Assembly (NCBI GenBank): GCA_934271465.1
Contig: CAKQRQ010000010.1
Coordinates: 951 to 64,950, forward strand
Source: an uncultured Alphaproteobacteria bacterium
GTDB lineage: Bacteria; Pseudomonadota; Alphaproteobacteria; RF32; CAG-239
Reading direction: 5' to 3'
DNA: 64,000 nucleotides
The notes under the pieces: generated by a model
What the model saw: only the letters and a program-made list of their open reading frames with translations
What the model was told of the DNA's origin: nothing
Databases searched by the model: none
Shown here: positions 29,874 through 40,072 of the stretch, piece by piece
Numbering within the stretch: position 1 is the first letter of the stretch
How the letters are laid out: each line of letters opens with the position of its first letter
Program-made: the position numbers and the translations under genes

Positions 29874-30485
29874 ATGTCAGAAACAAAACAACTCAAAAAC
29901 AATGAAGCTAAAAAGCTGAGTGACAAAAAAACAAAAGGCCTGCCCAAAGAAGAAACAAAAAAGCTTGAGCAAAGCAAAACGCGCGCCAAAAAGATTAAAC
30001 ACTCCTACAAAGTCAAAGACGCCGAAAACGCTATTTTATTAAAACTCAAAGACGGCGATGTCATTATTGAAATGTATCCCGACGCTGCTCCGAACCACGT
30101 TGCCCGTATCAAAGAGCTTGTCCGCAGCGGCTTTTACAACGGTCTCAAATTTCACCGCGTTATTGACGGATTTATGGCGCAGACCGGCTGCCCCTATGGC
30201 ACAGGTACAGGCGGTTCAGGCAAAAAATTAAAAGCTGAATTTAACCGCAACCCTCACAAACGCGGCACGGTTTCCATGGCGCGTTCCATGATGCCGGATT
30301 CCGCAGACAGCCAATTCTTCATCTGTTTTGCCGATTGCCCTTGGCTTGACGGGCAATATACCGTCTGGGGCGAAGTCACATCCGGCATGGAATATGTCGA
30401 TATGATTAAAAAAGGAAGCGGCGCTAACGGCGAAGTTTCAAAACCCGATGAAATTATTTCAATGACGGTTGTCGCTGATATCTAA
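29874..30485 (+). CDS. cyclophilin-type peptidyl-prolyl cis-trans isomerase with Lys-rich N-terminal extension
   Basis: Strong RBS aaggag; FHRVIDGFMAQTG...GTVSMAR...SQFFI cyclophilin motifs, preceded by about 50 aa of K/E-rich sequence. Confidence 0.85.
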   Translation: MSETKQLKNNEAKKLSDKKTKGLPKEETKKLEQSKTRAKKIKHSYKVKDAENAILLKLKDGDVIIEMYPDAAPNHVARIKELVRSGFYNGLKFHRVIDGFMAQTGCPYGTGTGGSGKKLKAEFNRNPHKRGTVSMARSMMPDSADSQFFICFADCPWLDGQYTVWGEVTSGMEYVDMIKKGSGANGEVSKPDEIISMTVVADI

Positions 30486-30524
30486 AAAAATTTTAAGGCT
30501 CTCTTTTCACGGAGAGCCTTTATT

Positions 30525-30851
30525 TTAATCCTCATCTTTATCCTCTGTCTCATCTTCTTCCGCCGAAGAGAACAAAATCCGCCACAAAGGCTTGCGGTAA
30601 ATCCATAAATTAAACACGCCGAGCACCACCGAAATCATCCCGAACAGATACAAAAAATAATACCAATTCAGCTGGTCGGCATTCATCATCACGTCTTGCT
30701 GCCCTGCTCTGATAAAAGCAATGGCAACCGAGGTCACGGAAAAAGAAATCACAAAAGCAATCGCCCAAATTTTTTCTCTGGTGCGTTCATTTAAGAAAAA
30801 TGCCGTAATCAAATAAAACAGCAAAAAGGCAAAAAACAAATATAATTCCAT
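30525..30851 (-). CDS. hypothetical small membrane protein with acidic C-terminus
   Basis: Three predicted TM helices; C-terminal EEDETEDKDED. Confidence 0.4.
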   Translation of the reverse strand: MELYLFFAFLLFYLITAFFLNERTREKIWAIAFVISFSVTSVAIAFIRAGQQDVMMNADQLNWYYFLYLFGMISVVLGVFNLWIYRKPLWRILFSSAEEDETEDKDED

Positions 30852-30973
30852 GGCCGCTCCGTTTCCTATTCAATAAATATGATATGCTTTCAAATATAAG
30901 CCGCTCCTCTTTAAAAACAAGACATCCGGCTTCTAAAAAAACATAAGCGTTTTTTCAAAAACCGGACATCTTA

Positions 30974-31354
30974 TTAAGCAACATCGGCACACGCAAAGAT
31001 CAAAAGACCTCCGTATGCAGATGCAATTGTCTGCCAGACAAGCGGATTCCATCCGAATATGCCCCAAATCCATTGGAAAAGCATATTAAAAAAGCAGAAT
31101 CCGGCAACAAGAGCATAAGTCCTGGGACCGTTCTCCTGCACCAATCCGGCCAATAACACAAAATAACCAAAACCCCACCAGCCACTCTTGACTGCGCAAA
31201 AAACGCCGAACGCCAAGAAGAGTAAAGCCAGCAGGTTATTGCCTATCTTGCGTCCTTTTCTAAAAAATGATACCAATACGGCGAAAAGGAGAATTCCGTA
31301 AGGCAGTATATTTATATCCATAATTATAATTTTTAGAATTATAGTATACCACAA
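30974..31354 (-). CDS. hypothetical membrane protein
   Basis: Hydrophobic, W/G-rich TM segments. Confidence 0.35.
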   Translation of the reverse strand: MWYTIILKIIIMDINILPYGILLFAVLVSFFRKGRKIGNNLLALLFLAFGVFCAVKSGWWGFGYFVLLAGLVQENGPRTYALVAGFCFFNMLFQWIWGIFGWNPLVWQTIASAYGGLLIFACADVA

Positions 31355-31386
31355 AATCAGAACTGATGCAAGCCTTGCTATCTGAG

Positions 31387-33141
31387 CTAAAATAAATCGG
31401 CCGTATTTTCAAGAACCGGCCATTTTCCCTCGGCCAATTGTTCCAAAGTCTTGTTAGGTTTATCAAAGCGCATATTATAAATCCAATAATTCGCCATCAC
31501 GCGCTCAATATAAACCCGCGTCTCCGCCGATGGAATAACCTCAATAAACAACAACGGATCTTTGCCGTAGCGCGCAAATTTCTGCCACTTAACCAAATTC
31601 CCCGGCCCGCCGTTATAGGCTGTCAAAAGATAAAACAAATTGCCCTCAATAAAAGGCTTTTCCAACAAATAACTGACATATTTTTGCCCCAGCTCTAAAT
31701 TATAATCCAAATCTAATAACTTATTTTTTTGGCGCTTGACAGTCTTGTCTCCGCTGATGTGATAAGCCGTATTGGGCATCAATTGCATCAACCCGCGCGC
31801 GCCCACGCGGCTTGTCGCATTATCCCTGAAAGCCGACTCCTGACGGATAAGCGCCAAAACAAGCGCCTTGTCAACTTTCCATTCGGTTTGCGACGACCAC
31901 GCCGGCAGCGGATACATTTCTTTTTCATACCGCCCGCTCAGTTGAGCAATATTTTTGTGCTTGCCGATATTAATCGCCAACGAATGAAGCCCCTGTTGAT
32001 TGGCCAGCAAAATAACAGCTTCTTTCTCGGTATCGCTGAAAGAATCATACCCCGTCCAAAGCTCTTTTTCGGCCAAATCAGGCTGCTTAGCCTTCAACAA
32101 AACCAACGCCCGCGCAATAGCCGGCTCCTGAGCCAGCTCATCAATATAATCCGTTTTTTCAAAATCGGTCATATAATTATCCGCCGAAAAGGCAAAGTCC
32201 GGCATTTCGCCAAGCTGATACGCGGCCAAAATACCATAAAAAGTATATTGATGCCGCGCCGCAAGCTTAAGCATCTCTTGCGCTTTGAGGTGATTGCCCG
32301 TTTTTTCATAAGCCCGCGCCGACCAATAAGCACCGGCCGACTTCAGCCACATATCCGAATTTTGCGAACTGCCCAAACGTGCAAAATAACTGGCCGCGGA
32401 TTTGTATCTTTTAAGCCGCCACGAGGCCAATCCCGCCACCCAGGTTGCCGTTCCGGAATTATGCCTTTGCGAGGCAAGCTTGCCCCATTCCAAAGCCTTT
32501 GAATCATAGTTATCGACCAGATATTTCATCGCCAGTCTGGCCGCCAGATTATCCCAATAAACCTTTGGCGCCAATTTCTGAAAGCGTTTATTTTCCAAAA
32601 CGCCTCTGGCCGCAAGGGTCTTTCCCTTCCGCAAATGCGTTCTGAAACTCTTGGCCTGTTTAACCAAAAAATTTCTATCCGATGTCCCGAGTCTCCCAAG
32701 ATACGCCAATGGAATCTTTTGAATATCTGTTTCATCGTTTCCTGAACCAGCCGTCGGAAGTTGCAAATCTTTTGCCCCTTTTCTTTCGGCCAATTTGTAA
32801 ATACGCATAGCCTGCGGATGGTCGCCATACAATTCCAACCAATCTTTTAATTCCGACACAGAGCTTTTGTAGTTATTATGCAAATACTTTTGCGCCAACA
32901 CATGTCCCATCAAAATCGGATTAGACACCTGTCCGGCACGCTTATCTGCGGTCGCAAAATCTCCGGCTTCCAAAGCCTTAAAAATATGTTTGTATTTTTT
33001 TATATCGCCGGACGACACATCCAGCGTCGCCAATATTTTATCATAAATTTCAGGCGTCAGAATATTAACCTCTGCCCGAACATCAAAGGCAAAAGCACCA
33101 AAGAAAATGCCTGAAGCTAAAACAATTTTTAAGAAATGCAT
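31387..33141 (-). CDS. soluble lytic murein transglycosylase (Slt family)
   Basis: C-terminal SLT domain (ESAFRDNATSRVGARGLMQLMPNTA) with a superhelical N-terminal domain; start at the signal-peptide Met MHFLKIVLASG. Confidence 0.8.
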   Translation of the reverse strand: MHFLKIVLASGIFFGAFAFDVRAEVNILTPEIYDKILATLDVSSGDIKKYKHIFKALEAGDFATADKRAGQVSNPILMGHVLAQKYLHNNYKSSVSELKDWLELYGDHPQAMRIYKLAERKGAKDLQLPTAGSGNDETDIQKIPLAYLGRLGTSDRNFLVKQAKSFRTHLRKGKTLAARGVLENKRFQKLAPKVYWDNLAARLAMKYLVDNYDSKALEWGKLASQRHNSGTATWVAGLASWRLKRYKSAASYFARLGSSQNSDMWLKSAGAYWSARAYEKTGNHLKAQEMLKLAARHQYTFYGILAAYQLGEMPDFAFSADNYMTDFEKTDYIDELAQEPAIARALVLLKAKQPDLAEKELWTGYDSFSDTEKEAVILLANQQGLHSLAINIGKHKNIAQLSGRYEKEMYPLPAWSSQTEWKVDKALVLALIRQESAFRDNATSRVGARGLMQLMPNTAYHISGDKTVKRQKNKLLDLDYNLELGQKYVSYLLEKPFIEGNLFYLLTAYNGGPGNLVKWQKFARYGKDPLLFIEVIPSAETRVYIERVMANYWIYNMRFDKPNKTLEQLAEGKWPVLENTADLF

Positions 33142-33149
33142 TTCTGTTT

Positions 33150-33923
33150 TTACTTCATCAGCCAAACAAGCCTGTTGGCACATTCCGAAGAAGTCATTCC
33201 TTTAACGCGGCAGCGGTTAACAATAATGTTTGGCGCCTTTTCCATATTATAACACCCCTCTCCCATTAAAGCATAGTTATAATAAGTCTGCGTATTCGGC
33301 GAAACATTTGAAAAAGACAAGGTCGTCGTCAACCCCGGCCAAACAAGTTTAATATCCAACTGATTGATTTTTCTATCTAAATTTGACAAGATATTAAACC
33401 GAACATCACATCCTGCCATTTTAGACATACGGGATCTGATTTTAAAATTATCATAAAATAAAAAGATTTTATCAGATTTTTTCATCCGGCCTTCATCGTC
33501 AACTTCAACAAAAGCCTGACCGCCTCTCTTAGATCCGTCTTTTGTCGGTGTATCCAAGCGGTATAATTCATCTTCAGGAATAAAAATATCTTCATCTTCC
33601 TCGGGAGCAGCCTCAACATCAGGTATTTTCTGTTCGGACGGATTCAAAGCCTGCGAAATCAAATTCAAAGGGCTGTCTTCATTATCTGTCGTAGAAGCCT
33701 CTTGTTGAGTTGTTGCAAAAGCCTTTGTAATCTGGTCTATCGTCTCATTTTCAGATACTTCTTTTCCAGTATCTGATGCTGCTTCAAACTGCGGCATCGG
33801 CTCGGCTGAAACAACAGGCGCTTCCGGAACACGCGGCATTTCCTCAGCCTGAAACATTTGAGCAAAAGCCGTTCCCGACCAAAGCAAAACAGCCGTCATT
33901 TCTATCAGTCTGTGTTTCAACAC
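33150..33923 (-). CDS. secreted hypothetical protein (paralog of 33943-34674)
   Basis: Signal peptide; C-terminal half shares the IFLFYDNF..AGCDVRFN..IKLVW pattern with the neighbouring ORF (VLFKIHDV..YCSAGATFFN..LTLKW). Confidence 0.45.
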   Translation of the reverse strand: MLKHRLIEMTAVLLWSGTAFAQMFQAEEMPRVPEAPVVSAEPMPQFEAASDTGKEVSENETIDQITKAFATTQQEASTTDNEDSPLNLISQALNPSEQKIPDVEAAPEEDEDIFIPEDELYRLDTPTKDGSKRGGQAFVEVDDEGRMKKSDKIFLFYDNFKIRSRMSKMAGCDVRFNILSNLDRKINQLDIKLVWPGLTTTLSFSNVSPNTQTYYNYALMGEGCYNMEKAPNIIVNRCRVKGMTSSECANRLVWLMK

Positions 33924-33942
33924 CGCTTTTTCCTTTGCTTAA

Positions 33943-34674
33943 TTAATTTTCCTTAGTTTCTGGCGACGTTGCAGCAATATCTTTGATAGCCGCAAGCGTT
34001 TCTTCATAAGTCTTTTTAATTTTATCCTGAGCCGCATCTAATTCGGCATCTTCCATAGAAACTAACTCATCCTGAGAAACTTCTTTAAATTCAGTATAGT
34101 AATCAGCCATCTTCGGCGAAATATAACGAAACATATTTTCGCATCCGCGGCGGGATGTTTTTTCGCCTGAAGCGACCGTGCCGCAATTATCAATCGAAAT
34201 GTCCATATCATTCAGCAGCAAAAAGCATCTGTCTGTATCAACTTTTGTTTTAAGCGAAACCTGCTGATTAACTTTCAAAGGAGGAAGCTTAATAGGCAGA
34301 AAAATTTCTTTTTTAGTAAAATCCGATGTCGAATAACGTGCTTTTTGAGCATTTGAATTTGTGCGTTTCTGCTCTCTTTGAGCGCGTTCTTCCTGATCAA
34401 TCGTCTCGCCGATAACATCATCTGTCCATTTCAAAGTCAACGAAGCATTGGCAATATCAGTTTTTGTCCGGTTAAAAAACGTCGCACCGGCGCTGCAATA
34501 CAAAACCTTACCGTTTGCATCTTTTTCGGGAACAACATCATGAATCTTAAACAAAACGACTTCATTAATGCCTTCTCCGTTAGTCGATGCCGCACAAGCC
34601 GCCCCGATACTGCCAAACCCGACAAGAGCCGTCACACCCAAAACCTGCATCAAAACTTTTGCTGTTTTTTTCAT
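33943..34674 (-). CDS. secreted hypothetical protein (paralog of 33150-33923)
   Basis: Signal peptide MKKTAKVLMQVLGVTALVGFGSIGAACA; shares motifs with the neighbour. Confidence 0.45.
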   Translation of the reverse strand: MKKTAKVLMQVLGVTALVGFGSIGAACAASTNGEGINEVVLFKIHDVVPEKDANGKVLYCSAGATFFNRTKTDIANASLTLKWTDDVIGETIDQEERAQREQKRTNSNAQKARYSTSDFTKKEIFLPIKLPPLKVNQQVSLKTKVDTDRCFLLLNDMDISIDNCGTVASGEKTSRRGCENMFRYISPKMADYYTEFKEVSQDELVSMEDAELDAAQDKIKKTYEETLAAIKDIAATSPETKEN

Positions 34675-34772
34675 TTTTGTTCCCTTTTCCTGATGAAAAC
34701 GATTTCTTTTGACAGAATTATAATCAGACTTTTACTAAAATTCCATTAAATATTAAAATAATTTGCGACTTG

Positions 34773-35552
34773 TTAATTATTTTGCGCCAGTTCTTTTTTC
34801 AAGCGCAAAAAATCAGACCAAGCTTTGGCTTTTTGAGCCGGCGTGCGCAGCAAATAAGCCGGATGATACCCCGCAAGCATTTTAATCTGCTTACCGGCCG
34901 CCGTTTCATAAACCATCCACTTTCCCCTGAGTCTTGAAATCGGATCGGAATTTCCCAAAAGCGTATTGACGGCAACAGCCCCCAGCGCAAAAATATAATC
35001 AGGATTAACAAGTTCGATTTGCTTTTTAACAAAAGGCAGACAAACAGCAATCTCGGCATCAGACGGCGTGCGGTTTCCGGGCGGCCGCCACGGCAAAATA
35101 TTGCAAATATAGCAAAGCGTCCGATTAAGGCCGATTGCGGCAAGCATTTTATCCAACAGCTGCCCGCACCTACCGACAAAAGCCCGCCCGATACGGTCTT
35201 CATCAGCCCCCGGCGCCTCGCCGATAAACATAATTTTTGCTTGAGGATTTCCATCGCCGATAACCGTATGCGCCGCCGTATTTTTGAGCGCACATCCGTC
35301 AAAATTCTCAACGACCTGCCGCAATTCTTCCATCGTGGTTATTTTTTGACAAGCTTCATCGGCATTTTTGACAGCTGCCGCCGCCGCAACAGCCATAGGC
35401 GACGTGGCCGGTCTGAACACGGTTGTATCTTCATGGACAATCGGCTTTTTAGCCTCAACTGTCAAACATAACGGCACATCGCCGCAAGTTTCATCAACTC
35501 CGGCCGCCAAATAAAATTCAAGAACTGTTTTCAAATCGGCATTTTCTGTCAT
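34773..35552 (-). CDS. uracil-DNA glycosylase, family 4
   Basis: GEAPGADEDRIGRAFVGRCGQLLDKML...YICNILPWRPPGNRTP motifs of family-4 UDG. Confidence 0.85.
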   Translation of the reverse strand: MTENADLKTVLEFYLAAGVDETCGDVPLCLTVEAKKPIVHEDTTVFRPATSPMAVAAAAAVKNADEACQKITTMEELRQVVENFDGCALKNTAAHTVIGDGNPQAKIMFIGEAPGADEDRIGRAFVGRCGQLLDKMLAAIGLNRTLCYICNILPWRPPGNRTPSDAEIAVCLPFVKKQIELVNPDYIFALGAVAVNTLLGNSDPISRLRGKWMVYETAAGKQIKMLAGYHPAYLLRTPAQKAKAWSDFLRLKKELAQNN

Positions 35553-35701
35553 AATAACGATAAGTTAGAATAAATCTGCCCAAGGCGCAAGAATAAACAT
35601 TTATTTGCACAAATTTAATCATATATTTATAAAGCTGTTGTAAGCTTTAAAAAAATTATGCAATAATAACGTTGGTTCAGGAGGCTTTTGGGAAATTAAC
35701 C

Positions 35702-37501
35702 ATGATTAAATTGTCTTTTATATTCACTTTAATGGCATCTGCGGCATTTTTTACGTCATGCTCGCCCCTCCTGCAATCCCAAACGACTCTATCTGTTTCG
35801 CAAAGCACCCCTGCTCAAACAGCAGAATTTAATACTTATGGCGCCTATCTGGCGGGGCGCATGGCTCACATCCGCAAAGATTTTGACCGCGCAGCCGACT
35901 ACTACAAAATTGCCTATGAAAAAGAGCCGAACAATCCCGAGCTGATGACAAGGCTTTATCTGCTTCTGTCATCCAAAGGCCGGATTGATGAGGCTGCCGA
36001 CTACGCTCAAAAAGCACTTGATGCCAAAGCCGAAAACAGCTTTGCACGCATGTTGATTGCCTCCAAACAGCTGCATGACGGTCAATATGCCGCCTCTATC
36101 AAAAGTCTGAACAAAATTGATGACCAAATTTATAAACGGCTGATTGCCCCCCTGATAAACACATGGAACTACGCCGGACTTGGAAATCAGGACAAAGCTT
36201 TTGAAGAGCTTCGCAAACTGTCCAAAGAAGACGGCCTCGGACAGGTAACCCGCCAGCATCGCGCCATGCTGTTTGACTTTTTCGGCAAAAATCGGGAAGC
36301 CGCCGAAATTTATCAGCAAATTCTGAATGATAAAAATTCGGAAATCTCCGTTCGTCTGCTTGAAATAATCAGCAATTTTTACATCCGCACGGGACAAAAA
36401 GAAATTGCCGTCGCCATGATGCAGTCAACGATTAATAATTCATCGCTCGATTCGCTCTTAAGCGCCCTGCGCAAAAAAGTAAACGATGCCAATCCTAAGA
36501 CAACGCCGCCGGTCTTATCCTCTGCGCAAATCGGCGCTTCCGAAGCGCTTTTCACAATTGCCTCTACGTTTCGTTATGACGAGGCGATTGATGTCGCGCA
36601 CATGTATACGGCTCTGGCTATTTACATGAACCCTGAATATAACACGGCAAAAGTCCTGATGGCCGATATTTTTGAGATGCGCGAAATGTATGATGATGCC
36701 AACACCATTTACGACAGCGTATCACAAAACGATATTGCCTACTATGCAGCTCAATTCAAGAAAGCGCGCAATCTGGTCAAAAAAGGCGCCTATAAACAGG
36801 CCGAAATTCTGCTCAAGACACTAGAAGAAGACTATAATGACATGCAGATTGACTTAGAGCTTGGCGATATTTTGCGCCTGACCAACCGTTTCAGCGAGGC
36901 TGTCGAATATTATGACAAAGCCATTTCAAAAACCAAAAACAAAGGCAACTTATGGATTCTATATTATGCCAAAGGAGTCGCATTGGACAGCGACAACCGC
37001 TATGAGGAAGCGCAGGCGGCTCTTTTAAAAGCCTATCAGATAAAAAAACATTATCTGGTTTCAAATCATCTGGGTTACAGCTGGATACGTCAAAAAAAGA
37101 ACGTCAACGAGGCTTTCAAAATGATTATTGACGCCTATAACCAAGCGCCTTTTGACCCAAGCATTAATGACAGTCTGGGTTTTGCACTGTATAACCTCGG
37201 CTATTATGCGATGGCAATTCCCTACCTTGAAAGGGCTGCCGAACTTTACCCGTCATCGGCCGTTATCAGCTCGCATCTGGGAGATGCCTATTGGTTTGCA
37301 CACCGCAAAAATGAAGCTCGTTTTCAATGGAAGCATGCCCTTTCACTCAAAGACGACAGCGGCGAACTGGACATCAAAAAGACAAAAGCCAAAGTCAAAA
37401 ACGGCATCGCAGAAGAACCGGCTTTGACCTATGACAAAGAACAAGCCGAAAAAGACCTGAAAACAATCAAAAAATTTCCGGAAGCAAGCAAAGAGATATA
37501 A
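35702..37501 (+). CDS. tetratricopeptide-repeat lipoprotein
   Basis: Signal/lipobox FFTSC; multiple TPR-like A/Y/L repeats throughout. Confidence 0.65.
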   Translation: MIKLSFIFTLMASAAFFTSCSPLLQSQTTLSVSQSTPAQTAEFNTYGAYLAGRMAHIRKDFDRAADYYKIAYEKEPNNPELMTRLYLLLSSKGRIDEAADYAQKALDAKAENSFARMLIASKQLHDGQYAASIKSLNKIDDQIYKRLIAPLINTWNYAGLGNQDKAFEELRKLSKEDGLGQVTRQHRAMLFDFFGKNREAAEIYQQILNDKNSEISVRLLEIISNFYIRTGQKEIAVAMMQSTINNSSLDSLLSALRKKVNDANPKTTPPVLSSAQIGASEALFTIASTFRYDEAIDVAHMYTALAIYMNPEYNTAKVLMADIFEMREMYDDANTIYDSVSQNDIAYYAAQFKKARNLVKKGAYKQAEILLKTLEEDYNDMQIDLELGDILRLTNRFSEAVEYYDKAISKTKNKGNLWILYYAKGVALDSDNRYEEAQAALLKAYQIKKHYLVSNHLGYSWIRQKKNVNEAFKMIIDAYNQAPFDPSINDSLGFALYNLGYYAMAIPYLERAAELYPSSAVISSHLGDAYWFAHRKNEARFQWKHALSLKDDSGELDIKKTKAKVKNGIAEEPALTYDKEQAEKDLKTIKKFPEASKEI

Positions 37502-37623
37502 CAATTTCCGCAAAAGGGCTTTCTCGCGCTGCCCTTTCCCTGCCGCATCAATTAAAAAACAACTGGAAGCCGCCGGCGCAACAGTCATAATTAAATAGTC
37601 GGCGATGCCACAAATCTAAAAAA

Positions 37624-37660
37624 TCGGCTAATTAGGGAATGCACTCCCAAATTAGCCGAA
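37624..37660 (-). terminator. rho-independent terminator downstream of clpX
   Basis: cggctaattagggaatgcactcccaaattagccg hairpin with T-rich flank on the minus strand. Confidence 0.55.
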
Positions 37661-37693
37661 AACTTTGAGATTTTCAAGTCCAAAATAAACAAT

Positions 37694-38935
37694 CTATCCG
37701 GCTTTTTTGACCTTGTGATGAATAAATTTTGGCGCTTTGCCGTCATTAATGACTTTGTCGTCAATGACAATCTCACTCAAATCATGCTCATCGGGCACAT
37801 CATACATCAACTCCAAAAGCGCCTCTTCCATAATGGCGCGCAGTCCGCGGGCGCCTGTTTTGCGCTCAATCGCTTTTTTGGCAATAGCTTTGAGCGCCGC
37901 ATCCGTAAAGGTCAGCTTGACGTTTTCCATCTCAAACATGGTTTTATACTGTTTGACAAGGGCGTTTTTGGGTTCGGTCAATACCTTAACCAAAGCCTTT
38001 TCATCCAAATCTTCCAAAGTGGCGATAATCGGCAGACGGCCGACAAACTCCGGAATCATGCCGTATTTGAGCAAATCTTCCGGCTGAACATCTTTGATAA
38101 TCTCGCCGATGTTTTTATCTTCCTTGGGAGCAACTTTGGCGCCAAAACCGATTGATGTTTCTTTGCCGCGGCGGCCGACGATTTTTTCAAGTCCGGCAAA
38201 AGCTCCGCCGCAAATGAATAAAATATTTGTTGTGTCGACATGCAAAAATTCTTGCTGCGGATGTTTGCGCCCGCCCTGCGGAGGCACATTGGCAACTGTT
38301 CCTTCAATAATTTTCAGCAGCGCCTGCTGAACGCCTTCGCCCGATACATCGCGCGTGATAGAGGCGCTGTCAGACTTGCGGGTAATCTTGTCAATCTCGT
38401 CGATATAAACAATGCCGCGTTGAGCTTTTTCGATATCATAATTGGCATTTTGAACCAGTTTTAGGATAATGTTTTCGACATCTTCGCCCACATAGCCGGC
38501 CTCGGTCAGGGTTGTGGCGTCAGCAATCGCAAACGGCACATCCAAAATCTTAGCCAGCGTCTGCGCCAACAAGGTTTTGCCGCTGCCGGTCGAGCCGATT
38601 AAAATGACATTGGACTTGGCAATCTCAACATCAGAATTTTTTTGAGAATTCAAACGTTTATAATGATTATAAACCGCCACTGAAAGGACCTTTTTCGCCA
38701 AATCCTGCCCGATAACATATTGATCCAAAAACTCTTTAATTTTGGAGGGCGTGGGCAGCTTGTCAAACATCACTTTGCCGTCGGCCTGTTCCATTTCTTT
38801 CATTTCGTCTGCGACAATATTGATGCAGACCTCAATACATTCGTTGCAGATATAAACTCCGCGGCCGGCCACGAGTTTTTTGACCTCATCCTGACTTTTG
38901 CCGCAAAAGGAGCAATGCAATTTTTCTTCAGCCAT
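37694..38935 (-). CDS. clpX: ATP-dependent Clp protease ATP-binding subunit ClpX
   Basis: N-terminal zinc-binding CSFCGK...CNEC, Walker A GSTGSGKT, sensor motifs. Confidence 0.95.
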   Translation of the reverse strand: MAEEKLHCSFCGKSQDEVKKLVAGRGVYICNECIEVCINIVADEMKEMEQADGKVMFDKLPTPSKIKEFLDQYVIGQDLAKKVLSVAVYNHYKRLNSQKNSDVEIAKSNVILIGSTGSGKTLLAQTLAKILDVPFAIADATTLTEAGYVGEDVENIILKLVQNANYDIEKAQRGIVYIDEIDKITRKSDSASITRDVSGEGVQQALLKIIEGTVANVPPQGGRKHPQQEFLHVDTTNILFICGGAFAGLEKIVGRRGKETSIGFGAKVAPKEDKNIGEIIKDVQPEDLLKYGMIPEFVGRLPIIATLEDLDEKALVKVLTEPKNALVKQYKTMFEMENVKLTFTDAALKAIAKKAIERKTGARGLRAIMEEALLELMYDVPDEHDLSEIVIDDKVINDGKAPKFIHHKVKKAG

Positions 38936-38946
38936 TTTTCTTATCC

Positions 38947-39555
38947 TTATTTATTAAGTTCGCCGCGTGAGGTAACCACATGGTCAATCAGCCCGAATTT
39001 TTTGGCCTCTTCCGGCGTCATAAAGTTGTCGCGTTCCATAGCCGCCTCAATGATATTGAGCTTTTTGCCGGTATGGTGGGCATAAATCTGATTCAGGCGT
39101 TTTTTCATATCCAAAATCTCTTTGGCGTGGATTTCAATGTCCGTCGCCTGACCTCTGAACCCGCCGGAAGGCTGATGAATCATAATCCGCGCATTAGGAA
39201 GAGCAAAGCGCTTGCCTTTGGCGCCGCCGGCCAACAACAAAGACCCCATGGAGCAGGCCTGCCCGATACATAGAGTGTTCACATCGCAAGAAATATATTG
39301 CATTGTGTCATACATAGCCATGCCGGACGTGACAACGCCGCCGGGGGAGTTTATATAAAGGAAAATGTCCTTTTTGGGATCTTCCGCTTCCAAAAACAGC
39401 AGCTGCGCACAAACCAAAGACGAGACTTCGTCATTGACTTCGCCTGTCAAAAAGATAATGCGTTCTTTTAAAAGTCTCGAAAAAATATCATACGACCGCT
39501 CGCCGCGCGAGGTCTGCTCAATCACCATCGGAATAAGACTGTCTCTGATTTCCAT
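38947..39555 (-). CDS. clpP: ATP-dependent Clp protease proteolytic subunit ClpP
   Basis: Catalytic triad context [10 protein letters not shown] and HQP; start chosen at the internal Met. Confidence 0.95.
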   Translation of the reverse strand: MEIRDSLIPMVIEQTSRGERSYDIFSRLLKERIIFLTGEVNDEVSSLVCAQLLFLEAEDPKKDIFLYINSPGGVVTSGMAMYDTMQYISCDVNTLCIGQACSMGSLLLAGGAKGKRFALPNARIMIHQPSGGFRGQATDIEIHAKEILDMKKRLNQIYAHHTGKKLNIIEAAMERDNFMTPEEAKKFGLIDHVVTSRGELNK

Positions 39556-39633
39556 AATTTGCCTTCCTTTTTTATAAACAAAAGTCACTTATCTAATGTA
39601 TCGCATATCATAATATATTCAACAAATGATTAA

Positions 39634-40017
39634 GAAAAGGCTTTTTTTAAGAAAAATGTTATTATTCAAAGTAGTCTTAATCTTATAAAATATTCAAAAT
39701 TTTATGCAGGATACGTTCCGACATTAACAGATACTGAAATTTTCAAATTAGACTGGAAAATCAACTTATTTGACGAAAGAGAAGAAGAAAATATAATAGT
39801 TAGTGATCAAGTTAGTGATCAAGTTAATAAAATTCTTGTGTTTTGTTCATCACCTCATTCATTAATTGAAATCATGGCTCAAACAAAATATACAAGCAAA
39901 GTGCATTTTAGAAACAAAATTTTGAAGCCTCTGATTGAGAAAGGTTTAATCAAACCGACAGCACCTGACAAACCCAATAGCCCCAAACAAAAATACCTTA
40001 CAGTAGGTAAAGAATAA
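39634..40017 (+). pseudogene. 5'-truncated remnant of a Fic-family protein gene (C-terminal about 125 codons, no start codon)
   Basis: Open frame with no ATG until codon about 80; translation ends ...ILVFCSSPHSLIEIMAQTKYTSKVHFRNKILKPLIEKGLIKPTAPDKPNSPKQKYLTVGKE. This resembles the conserved C-terminal wHTH tail of Fic-family proteins as I recall it (...PDKPxSxxQKY.LT). Contains a tandem 12-bp duplication gttagtgatcaa x2. Confidence 0.45.
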
Positions 40018-40072
40018 ACAATCTGTTATATTAATATCTCCGTGAAAGTTTTCACTTCCACGGAGATTTTTG

